In this document: one piece after another, positions 1 to 9,830 of the stretch
Position numbering within the stretch: the stretch's first letter is position 1
Layout: every line of letters begins with the position of its first letter
Assembly: GCF_000143415.4 (NCBI RefSeq)
Contig: NW_003314279.1
Location: 2,286,401 to 2,350,400, forward strand
From: Selaginella moellendorffii
Lineage: Eukaryota; Plantae; Lycopodiophyta
Direction of reading: 5' to 3'
Length of the DNA: 64,000 nt
The notes under the pieces: model-generated
Databases searched by the model: none
The model's input: only the letters and a program-made list of their open reading frames with translations
What the model was told of the DNA's origin: nothing
Made by a program: the position numbers and the translations under genes

Positions 1-786
1 ACGAACGCTTTGGGCTTTCACCCTCTCAGGCTCCGGACTCGGACTCGGACTCGGACTCGGACTCGGACTCGGACTCGGACTCGGACTCGGATTCGGACTC
101 GGACTTGGGCTCGGGCTCGGTCTTGGCCTCGGCCTCGGTCTCGGTCTCGGTCCCGATCTCGGTCTCGGTCTCGGTCTCGGTCCCGGTCTCGGTCTCGACT
201 TCGGACTCCACCTCGGACTCCATCTCAGACTCCATCTCGGACTCCATCTCGGGTCCATCTCGGACTCCACTTCGGACTCCAACTCGGGTCCATCTCGGGT
301 CCACCTCGGACTCCAACTCGGACTCCATCTCGGGTCCATCTCGGGTCCATCTCGGACTCCATCTCGGACTCCATCTCGGGTCCATCTCGGACTCCATTTC
401 GGGTCCATCTCGGGTCCACCTCGGACTCCATCTCGGACTCCATCTCGGACTCCATCTCGGGTCCATCTCGGACTCCACTTCGGACTCCAACTCGGGTCCA
501 TCTCGGGTCCACCTCGGACTCCAACTCGGACTCCATCTCGGACTCCATCTCGGACTCTCCCACGTGTCATGTGTTGGTCCTTTTGGGTCCCTTTTTGGAG
601 CCTCGCCTTTTGCTCGCTTCGTGCTCATTCCTCGAGCACTTCGTTGGGAGTTCCACTCCCGCTCTTGACTTTTCAAGTCGGAGCTTTTGGTCCAAACGTG
701 TTACGCTCGTTTGGCTCTCGCTTCGGCCACTACCATGTGGTGCCCTTCCAGCTCCACTTTGGGGCCTAGGGATTTTGTGTCTCACA
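1..786 (+). mobile_element. LTR (3' part) of an LTR retrotransposon inserted into MULE copy 1
   Basis: Ends ...GTGTCTCACA at 786. It is the reverse complement of 56586-57260. Directly after 786 the sequence resumes as the homolog of 62498 onward, so this is an insertion junction. Contains GGACTC/GGTCTC/CCATCTCGG arrays. Confidence 0.75.
31..558. repeat. Hexamer-based tandem repeat (GGACTC/GGTCTC, GGACTCCATCTC) inside the LTR
   Basis: Directly visible. It explains the spurious low-complexity ORFs 10-819, 26-676 and 105-668. Confidence 0.95.
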
Positions 787-1772
787 AAAACTTTCAGAAA
801 CAATACTCTAAGAGAATGAAAGAGGTGGGTGATCTCGAAAATGAAGAAGAAACCTCTCCATCCTTCTCAATAGGTTTTGGAGTTCTCTCTCTTTATGCTA
901 CTTGTAAAAATCTATAGTGAAACATAATTGAAATTTAAATAGAGTAATAAGAAGATAACGTACAAAATGAATTTAAATTCTATAGCAAATTTAACATGTG
1001 TAAGTGTGACAGTATTAATATTACTGTCATCTATTATGATGTCTAATGTATGTATACACATAGATCCAAGGAAAGATTTTCAGCACGTGAAGTTTGATAG
1101 TTAATAATGATACCAATAATGACATTCTGCTATAACATGTCAAACCAAGAGATCCAATCTAACTATCAGCACGTGTGATATGTCAAGTTGTCAAATTTTA
1201 AGTGGTAGATGATAATAAATCTTGTCAAATCTTATTCTTCAATGACAGATTTGATTCGTAGTACAACTCAAGTTTTATCCATAATTGTGAACACTACTCA
1301 ATGACATTTAAAGCACGTGCCTATTGTTTAGGATCTAATACAACACAAAATAAATTTCTGGATGAGGATTCATCCATTCATAGATGGATATAGTACAACA
1401 TATTTTAACGTGCCTTATTTATACTCTTTGAAGTTTTTGTAACGATTCCAAAATATGTACAAAATATTGATGAGAATGCATCCTTTCTAGATAATTTGTA
1501 AAATATAATATTATATCTCTAATAAGAGAAATGTTGATAGGTGCTAGTTATACCATCATTAAAATATACAAAATAAAGAAGCATAATTGACATATAATAA
1601 TAATGATAAGATAAAATAAGATCAAAGATATTGTGATGGTTGAGATTTAGGTTATTCGGAATGAACGGCGGATTAGAGATTGGTTAGGGTTAGGGCAGCC
1701 ATCAGGATTAGGGTTAGGGTAGCCGCCAAGATTAGGTTAGTGTTCGCATCGTGAGTGGAGCGCACGAGAAAT

Positions 1773-1977
1773 CGAGAGATTGAGTGTGAAGGAGATCGAG
1801 GGATTGAGTGCGAAGGAGATCGAGCGATTGAGCGTGCAAGAGATCGAGAGATTGAGCGCGCAAGCGGGAGAGATTGAGCGCGCGAGTGGGAGAGATTGAG
1901 CGCGTGAGTGGGAGAGTTCCGGAGAGATTGAGTGCGTGAGCAGGAGAGATTGAGTGCGCGAGCAGGAGAGATTGAGG
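1773..1977. repeat. 22-24 bp tandem array with core GAGATTGAG(C/T)G, ~9 units, upstream of the cargo gene
   Basis: Directly visible. The orthologous array at 63484-63775 has ~13 units. Confidence 0.9.
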
Positions 1978-2109
1978 GCCCAAGAAATCTAGCACGATCA
2001 AGAAATCAAAGGAGGAAAGATGCCACCAAGGGTGAGTTTCGATTTGATTGCTTCCATTTCCATTTTTTGAGTCCATTGCTTCCCTTTTTTTTCTTGATTG
2101 CTTCTTTGC

Positions 2110-2455
2110 TGGCCGAGGTCAAGCTCGGGCCGGCCACCTCGGGCAATTTTGCTTGCCAAGGGGCCGAGGTTATTCAACCACCTCGGGCAGTTTTGCTTGC
2201 TAAGGGGCCGAGGTTATTTGAATAACCTTGGCCGCTCGGCGAGCAAAACTGCCTGAGCTCGAACTTGGGTTGGCCACCTCGGGCAATTTTGCTTGCCGAG
2301 GGGCCGAGGTTATTCAAATAACCTCGGCCCCTCGGCGAGCAAAACTGCCCGAGCTCGAGCTCAAGCCGGCCACCTCGGGCACTTTGGCTGCCCAGGCGGC
2401 TAAGGTTATTTGAATAACCTCAGCCCCCTGGGCAACCAAAGTGCCTGAGGTGGAG
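2110..2455. repeat. GC-rich array of long hairpins with 96-bp period (centres AGGTTATT..AATAACCT at 2211, 2307, 2403)
   Basis: For example, 2278-2353 folds with ~37-bp arms. The array sits in the putative first intron (GT 2032 - AG 2547) of the cargo gene. Confidence 0.9.
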
Positions 2456-2547
2456 TCTAGGCCCACTTGATTTTTTTTTTCTCTTTGATTGTTTAAATTT
2501 CTCATTATCTTTATTTAGTTTGACTAACAAAACTTTTTCTCTTGCAG

Positions 2548-5500
2548 AAAAAGGAAAATTGTAACACATAAAAAGGTTGTTGGAGCCAAGAAGACACGAG
2601 AAGTTCAATTTGGCACTGACAGTGACATCACAATCGACATGTCCATTGGCACAACAGAGATAGTTAGAGATTCACCACCTCCACCACCATCACCTCCACC
2701 ATCACCACCTCCACCACTGCCATCGCCACCTCCACCACCTCCATCACCACCTCCACCACCTCCATCGCCACCACCACCACCACCATTGCCACCACCACTG
2801 CCACTATTGCCTCTGCCCCCGCCGCCACCACCACCACCACCAACGCAAATCCTTGAAGTTGGGCAATCTAGTGGTGTTCACGATAGGGAATCTGAGGAAC
2901 AGCCTGGAGCTGAAAGAGTTGCAGACCTTCCTGACAACGTGGTGGACAAGCGCTTCCAAGAGACTATTATGCGGAAAAGGGAAAAAGCAGTTCACCAAAC
3001 ACTTGAGGCGCTCAAGTGGCCAGGCCCTTGTGACTTGATCAGAGAAATCCCCCTTTGCCATTTGCAGCAGACGAACCTTGTCCGCACAGCATCCAAGTAT
3101 GTCAACCCGGATATATACAGCTTGTTCAAACAGAATGGCCTTGCAACAAATATCGGTATGTTTCTAGTCTCTTTTTGCAAGCTAGGAACAACGGAGATCA
3201 TTACTATCACACCCGAGATTGTGAATAGCTGGGATCCTATTTGGAGGAGGAAGTCCCTAGAATTTGATGACATGCTTATCAGACATCCTGAGACTCGACA
3301 GCTTGCGGGGACAATGTTCCAAATTATTGACGGTAACCACCGATATGGAACTTGGATGAAGTGTATCGACGATCATTTTCGCGATGATCCCATCTACCAT
3401 ATCAACATTCCAGTCGGCCATGTTTACGCGAGGGGACCTTTGGATGTCAACAGACTTATCTTGGCCTGCCAAAAGATCAATGCGTAAGTTTTATAATTTT
3501 ACCTCTAACTCCACTTTAATTTGTTTTGTTATGTTTAAATGTAGCTTGGGCAGTTCGCTATTCAAAAACAAAATCTTGTCCATGACATCTAGCAACTTCG
3601 ATTTTTGGCAGACTTGAGTGAGGATGACATCCGCCAACATTATGGTGATGATCTCGCAACACTTGTTCGGCACTCACGCACTCGAAATGACAGTACAACT
3701 TGGTTCAACAACCCAATCAGTTTTATGCTCATTGTGTGGTGTAAGGTATGTCTTTCCCTTTTTATTTTATAAAAGCCTCTTTTAATTGTTTTGGTTTTTA
3801 GCCTTTGGTGAAGGTCAAGCAGGATGCTTACGAACTTGCATATCCAGAGAAGAGTCGGGAAGAGCTCTCAGCTGAGTTTGTATAAATTGAGCACAAAATT
3901 CAGCATGCAAAGTCCTCAAAGTTGAAGAAACTAGTATGCATTGTAGACAATCGCAGGCCGAAGGAGTGGCTAGAGACTATAGCCGAAATTTCTTCTCATG
4001 AATGTAAGTTTTTTATCACACTTCATTTTTCTTAATTATGCATATGTTACTTTTGCAGTGAACAAAACTCCAGATGACATGATTTACAATATCGCAAAAT
4101 CAAAGCTTCCATATAAGCAACAAATAGAGACTCTAGAGTTCCTCAATGTCTGCTTGATGAACAGAGAAAAAGGACTGCTAGAACTATTTGAGAACATGAT
4201 GAGAAGGGCTGTCTACGTCACGCAAACTATAAGTGAAGGGGAGAAGTTCTTGGCAGCACACATTGGTGACGATCCAGATGGCACATTCATGTCTTTCGAC
4301 ACCTACATTAACACGTCATTGGAAGAGATCGAAGAGGAGTGGCTGCCAGAGAAGTCTACAAGCACAACAACTTATGATTGCCAACATGGTCAACCTTATT
4401 TCATGCGACGTGCAGCTTATAGGTATAATATGATTTCTAAGACTGTTTTTTAATATATATATTGTTTACAAGTGTCTTCAATATAGAGGCATGCCATTTG
4501 AGGCATCAGTTTGCACTCGACTTGTTGCAAAGGGTGTAAGGGATGGAGGAATGTACCCAACAATGTTTGCGAGAGTTCCGAAGGCACGGAAGATAGAATG
4601 CCCTTGGGAGTTGGAGCTCCTAGGGAAGGAGACCTCTACACTAGATCGCGAGGAAATTATCAATGCTAGCAACGATGGCAATGCAAGTGACGATGGAGAC
4701 GAGGATGAGGAAGCTCTAGATCAAGTTCATGTTCCACCACCAAACAGTCAGGAACAGGCTCCAATTCAACCATCAAACAACCAAGATCCAGATCAGGTTC
4801 TACTAGTAAATAACGATGATCAAGTGGTTCACAAAATATCACGTCGACCTCGAGGTAAGCAAAAGTGAATTTACAAACTAAAGGTGATAATACATGTTTT
4901 TTGCAACAATGACTGTTGGTAGTAATTTCATTCCAGCTCGACGAGATGCTCGTGAAGAGGAGTTGGAGGAACTCTCATCGACAACACGCCATATGACGGT
5001 ATCATACTATTTATTACTTTTTTCATTCACTTAGCTCTTTTATAGGTCCGTCCTGTATCCCCAATAACACAACGAGGTATTGTGGGTATCTTCATTGGCT
5101 CTTACAGTAGATTATTGACATCTTTCACGGAAGACGACATCAACATGGATATACGCCGCCAGTTCAACCGTTGGTGCCGAAAGATACAAAAGCCCGTGCT
5201 CCCAGTTGCGGACTTCATTCTCTTCGACTTTCCAGATGGTCTTTCAGATATCGATGGGAAAGTTGAGGATTGGAACTTTCTCACACCTGACCACTTGCGC
5301 GATGCATTCCTATTGTCCGAAGCACTTATGCTCGAAGCTGGCCATATCGTCTTCATCCTACCGAACGACCCCAACTGGATGTATGAGCTTATGACGTGCA
5401 CAGCAGAAGTTCATTTCAAGTCATTCTCTTCCGGATGCATCATGGATCCTATTGGCGTTGATACGAGGGGCGTCTAAGGGAAGCCTGAAAATGTGAGTAT

Positions 5501-6117
5501 GTATTTTATATTTTTATCTAATTTCTAAACATTTTTATTTTCCAGGTTATGATGTGGACCTATCATGCCTTCTGCAGAAATACACATGATGGGTTTCATG
5601 ATAGCGAACGTGCAGCACGTGCTTTGCTTGGGTATGACAATTCCACTAACATCATACCCAACCTTGTGGATGAGTAGATCTGCAATACGTTTCCAGGGTA
5701 CCGATTCCGAACTCCATCGGCAATGCAAGTCTTGCTTGAGCTCTATTGCCCACCAGATGGTGTTGTGATTGATTGCACAGCAGGTAGCGGTTCTATGGTG
5801 GAGGCAGCACGTGACTCTGGTAGGTTGGTGTTTGCTATTGAAGAACATCATTTCTTCAAACGCTGGCTCAGAAGATTTCGTGAGTTGCCTTCAACCTCAA
5901 GGAGGTAAATTATGTTTATTAAAATTTCAATATATATTTCATTCTATTTTATAGATCATAGTCACCTGGAGTTTCTAAAATTGGAGGCTTTGGAAGTCTC
6001 CCTGACTATGCAGAAGCCATGGCTCAACATATGCAAGATGAATCTTCCCCACAATACCAATATAGGAGGAAGTATAAAAGAAATCATTATGTTGATGATG
6101 AAGCAGAAGAAAGTTAA
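2548..6117 (+). pseudogene. Multi-exon ParB/Srx-like domain + beta-class N4-cytosine/N6-adenine DNA methyltransferase-like gene (disrupted)
   Basis: Exons read by eye: 2548-3483, 3545-3745, 3802-4003, 4059-4422, 4487-4854, 4937-4998, 5046-5492, 5546-5904, ~5955-6117, with GT-AG introns. Features: Pro-rich N-terminus, FQIIDGNHR (~3317-3343), motif-IV-like ADFILFDFPDG (~5208-5240), then RTPSAMQVLLELYCPPDGVVIDCTAGSGSMVEAARDSGRLVFAIE (motifs X-I-II in beta order). In-frame stops at 3590, 3883, 5475 and 5675, plus one phase mismatch at the exon 1/2 junction. Confidence 0.75.
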
Positions 6118-6534
6118 TTGCATCCTTACATAAAATAGAAAGCTTGTTATATGTTAGATGTCAGTGAAAGTGTCAGATGTCAGTAAAATTGTCAGATGTT
6201 AGTGTCAGTGTCAGATACCATAATTATAGATTATCATTCTCACCTGTCACCATCACTTTATAGTGCTTGTGTGTTGCCATCTCCTCCTTCAACATTTTGT
6301 AAACAATTGTATGTGATATGATAGCACCTTCTAGAACAAGGTATGTTACCTACAACTAATATCATTTTATTATATTTTTTCTTTTAATAGTGACAATACT
6401 ATAGTATAGTAAAGTAATTCTAGATCTTACATTCCACTATAGGGTGGCCTAAAAACCCCATATTTTGCACTAGCCAATGCAGTGTTTCCTAAGGGGATGT
6501 TGTTCCTCACCATGAAGCGATAGTGGGTATGTGT

Positions 6535-6939
6535 CTATAACTCATTCTTGAATTTATTGTACATCCACACGTGCACATTTTCCAGACCTGCCGTTGGGCA
6601 ATTCTTACAGTGCTCAAGAAAAGTTTGTAAACCCATAGAGCCATTTGTCTTGTCCAAGAAAAAGTAGCATATTGGACACCAAATATAATAGCCTTCTGTG
6701 CTTTCAAGTAGTCCCACCATGTCAGGAGCAAGATCTTGCAAAAACATGTGGCATTGCTCTTGAAGCGCTGGAGGCAATCCCTCTCTAGTAGCAAGATCCG
6801 GAATTTCACATATAGGGAGCTCTAATTTAGCTTCACTAGAGCCCTCAGCAGAAAAAGGATTGTTATGTGGAGGTGAAGGTGGAATGTTGGTAGAACTTGG
6901 GGATGGAGGTGGAGATTGATATGAAATGCTGGGGGCCAA
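6535..6939 (-). CDS. Small zinc-finger protein (CPIC...LEHC...H, zf-XS-like), transposon cargo; start uncertain
   Basis: ORF YYIWCPICYFFLDKTNGSMGLQTFLEHCKNCPTAGLENVH, with the same ligand pattern as 58700-59152. The ORF opens at a TTG, so the true start may lie upstream. Confidence 0.5.
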   Translation of the reverse strand: MAPSISYQSPPPSPSSTNIPPSPPHNNPFSAEGSSEAKLELPICEIPDLATREGLPPALQEQCHMFLQDLAPDMVGLLESTEGYYIWCPICYFFLDKTNGSMGLQTFLEHCKNCPTAGLENVHVWMYNKFKNEL

Positions 6940-7059
6940 GTACGATTAGCAATAGGTCTCCTTTGAGCCATTTCAATATAAACTTCTAAGGAGCTCAAGG
7001 AGAACAAAAAACCTACAATGACTATAACTTTTCTAGATAGTTTATATACTAAGTTTTAG

Positions 7060-7154
7060 TCTTGGGAATGAGGTTTATTTATTATGACACTGACAATACT
7101 CAGATTCTTGGGAATGAGGTTTATTTATTATGACACTGAAAATACTCAGATTCT
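7060..7154. repeat. Direct duplication of ~47 bp (CTTGGGAATGAGGTTTATTTATTATGACACTGA.AATACTCAGATT)
   Basis: Two adjacent, nearly identical copies are visible. Confidence 0.85.
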
Positions 7155-7630
7155 TTAAATGTCAGTCTTGGAACTGGGGCTTCATAATCATAGCTTTCTT
7201 GTAAACATAAGAGCTTCTAGAATTTTAAATTATTGTGTATATACATGCTCTATCATTATGATGAATCCTACTTTGCTACACATATATTGTTTTCTACACA
7301 TGCCAAATGTCTAGGGAAATAAATTGCAAGGAAATATAGACTACATTATAGTGGTAGAGCACGCTGGCACACTACCATTCTCTCATGTGAGATTGCCTTT
7401 TAGTCTTGGAAATGTAGATAAAGTTGATTCTTTGATGTGATATTACTTTTGAGTCTTTCGAAAGATTTTGATTTCTTTTATCATTATTTACAAACAATTC
7501 CCAAAAACTTTTAATGAGGATTCACTACAAAATATACCTTGGTCTTATCATATGAGAGGATTGCGATATAGGCAAGCAATAGAGTTTTTAATATGAATTA
7601 ATATATAAATTACAAATGTCATGGAAAGTT

Positions 7631-7945
7631 TTATGGAGTAGATTTCTTGGTGCTTTCCGCTGTGCTGTTCATTTCTTCATTTCTCTTGCTCTGGACTGTT
7701 GTTTCAGAAGTAACAGGAGCATTTTTATCAATCGTGATAGTGGTCTCCACATTCCCAAATGGGTAATAAAGACCAAGAGTGTAATATGGAGATTGTGGTA
7801 GTGAAACAAAATTAACATTCTCACATTCCTTTGCACTACAACTCTTACTCACAGATCTTGTATTTTCCTTGCTTCCCATCTTCTCAAGAACCCTAAAAAA
7901 TCTTTTGAATGAAGGAATAGTATCTACAGCTGTAAAAGTATTCAA
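7631..7945 (-). CDS. Hypothetical small ORF near the right TIR
   Basis: Open frame of 104 codons (82 from ATG MGSKEN) in AT-rich context; no recognisable motif. Confidence 0.25.
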   Translation of the reverse strand: MNTFTAVDTIPSFKRFFRVLEKMGSKENTRSVSKSCSAKECENVNFVSLPQSPYYTLGLYYPFGNVETTITIDKNAPVTSETTVQSKRNEEMNSTAESTKKSTP

Positions 7946-8189
7946 AATATTAAGTAGTCAAATCAAATATGACAGCTGTAACAGTTGTCATAATAAAATA
8001 ATATAGTTTTATAAAAGATAGGTTCTCATGAACTTTGTCCTTTTTAAACAATTCAATCTTATAGAAACTTTTAACTTAGATATTTACGTATTTTTAATAT
8101 TTTAAAGTTTGCTAGAACCTTCATTTGTTCAATTTAGATCTCCTTTGTAATATTTCTTATTGACTATGTTGACTTGAGTTGACTTGTGT

Positions 8190-8236
8190 TGAATTGAGCT
8201 CAACTTATGAGCTCAACTCAACTTTGGACCATCCCC
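8190..8236 (-). repeat. Right terminal inverted repeat of the MULE
   Basis: Reverse complement GGGGATGGTCCAAAGTTGAGTTGAGCTCATAAGTTGAGCTCAATT aligns with 58158 GGGCGCGGACCATACTTGAG...TTGAGCTCACGAGTTGAGCTCAATT. Confidence 0.7.
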
Positions 8237-8339
8237 GGCATGAGGAACTCATTCCTGTCCGAAAGTAAGAATTGTTGGTGATGCTTCTATGACTGACATT
8301 CCATCTCCATATTGCCATAGTTGACAAGATCTTGGGCCC

Positions 8340-9830
8340 TAAAAATCAGTATGTAACTATTGCAAAGATGTTGCTATAGTCATTATTGGGACACTAAAAC
8401 ACTCTAAAACACCAAGGAGTGGTGTTTGGAATTATGAGGGCATTAGATAAGGCCCAAGGGATTAAGTCCCTAGTAAATAATTGATAAGAGGTGCTATCTA
8501 ATGTCCAAAGTTGTAGAGATGGGAGAAATCCATCCATCTGAATTGGACAAAGCTAAAAAAGGATTTTGGCATGGCTAGCAATGGGCATAAAGAGGCCTAT
8601 GCATAACAATGTTAATCCTAGTGTGTGGGATTACACGGTAAACATATCCAACTTGAAGAACCACTCTCTAAGTTATTAAATAGGTTCATCCTTAAGAATA
8701 CTTGTTAAGGCATGGTAAAAAGTATAAAACTATTCTCCTAGATGAGAGGAGAATAACTAAAGGGAAGGCATAAGGCATAAAAGCAAATAGTAAAGGGATA
8801 AAACCAAACGATAGGAATCAAAGGGTATAACCAAGGGTGATTATGTAAGTTAAGAATGGAGACTTAAGTGGGTGTTCAAACATATTACTATTAGCAACTA
8901 TGATGCTATAGAGAGTCTAAAGTATGGAATTATCCATGTTAGACTATATGCTAATTAGAAAGCTTGCAAAAGGAGAGGCTTTAGCAAGCTAAGGACAAAA
9001 TCCCTTCAAGGTTCCTAAAGACAATTCTAAGTAGGTTAATATCTAGAAAGACAAGTGTAAATGATTCAAAGGAATGCACAAAATTAGAGTGGCACAACAA
9101 AAACATGGTCTTAAAACTTGCCATAAAGCAAAGTTATTAAAGTTGGGGAAGTAGTCCCTAAGTGTTCAAAGAGATGGCTTTGAATGAAAGTCAATGGTTA
9201 AAGACTTTCACACTTATGTATGAAACCATGTTACACTAATCGAGTGACTTACTAAGTGAGATTGGCAAGTCAAGGGAACAAAGACTCTAGTTAAAGATGT
9301 TAATTTCAAAAAGAGATTGCCTATGGGGCCAAGCATGGAGGAGTCCATGCATGATTACAGGCTTGTCAAGTGAAAGGACTCGATAGTTCAAAGGAATTAA
9401 ATTCCTAAGTTGTGATTTGTAGCACACTTTAAGTATAAGTTAGTGGCAGGACAATAGGAAATTGACTTGGAGAAGTCAAAATTAAAAATTCCAAAATGTG
9501 ATGATTATGTTAGTAGAGGCTGAGGTTACTCCTGAATGAATAGTCAAATTGAAATAGAGAAAGTGTCTCTAACAAGTTTAACATAAACTAAACAAAGAAA
9601 TGGGGAAGGACCACCATAAGTGGCCTAATGAGTTTTTAAGTTGAAGAGACTATACTCCTTAAAGGATAGGAAAGGAATGGTGAGCCTTCGGTATCAAACT
9701 ATTAACAAATATTGGCTTGGTGCTAAGGATGAAAAGGGTAATACATGCTAGTGTTACTTTATAAAATGGTTTATTGTTTGATGAGGACATCAAACTTCAT
9801 CTATGAGTGGTGGAGTTGTGGCTTAAATAC
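8340..9830 (-). mobile_element. Decayed retroelement remnant, probably the 3' ORF2 region of an L1-type LINE
   Basis: Homologous to 53880-55000 plus 56220-56585. The homologous copy shows a zf-RVT-like CLGC...EHFL motif and an LGICSP motif on the minus strand. Many stops. Confidence 0.4.

Larger units (their letters stand above)
787..8236. mobile_element. MULE-like DNA transposon copy 1 (right two-thirds, cargo genes, right TIR)
   Basis: 787-~2200 is nearly identical to 62498-63990, which abuts a MULE transposase. The right end 8190-8236 is an inverted counterpart of 58158-58218. Confidence 0.75.

Noticed and set aside
10-819. Long RS/ES-rich ORFs on both strands (also 57032-57433 and 47693-48578)
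   Set aside because: Translations of hexamer repeats in LTRs or of N gaps, not genes.
1684-1740. Interstitial telomere
   Set aside because: Only a few TTAGGG units, present in both transposon copies; treated as element-internal motifs.
2110-2455. CRISPR-like or bacterial REP array
   Set aside because: No unique spacers and no cas genes; eukaryotic intron context.
2672-2842. Extensin or formin gene suggested by the poly-Pro run
   Set aside because: No signal peptide or FH2 domain; it is the low-complexity N-terminus of the ParB-MTase ORF.
4866-4868. Apparent fifth premature stop (TGA)
   Set aside because: It falls inside the intron that starts GTAAGC at 4855, which restores phase with exon 4937-4998.
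3590-5677. Stops repaired by U-to-C RNA editing
   Set aside because: The locus is nuclear, and such editing is organellar; C>T decay is the simpler explanation.
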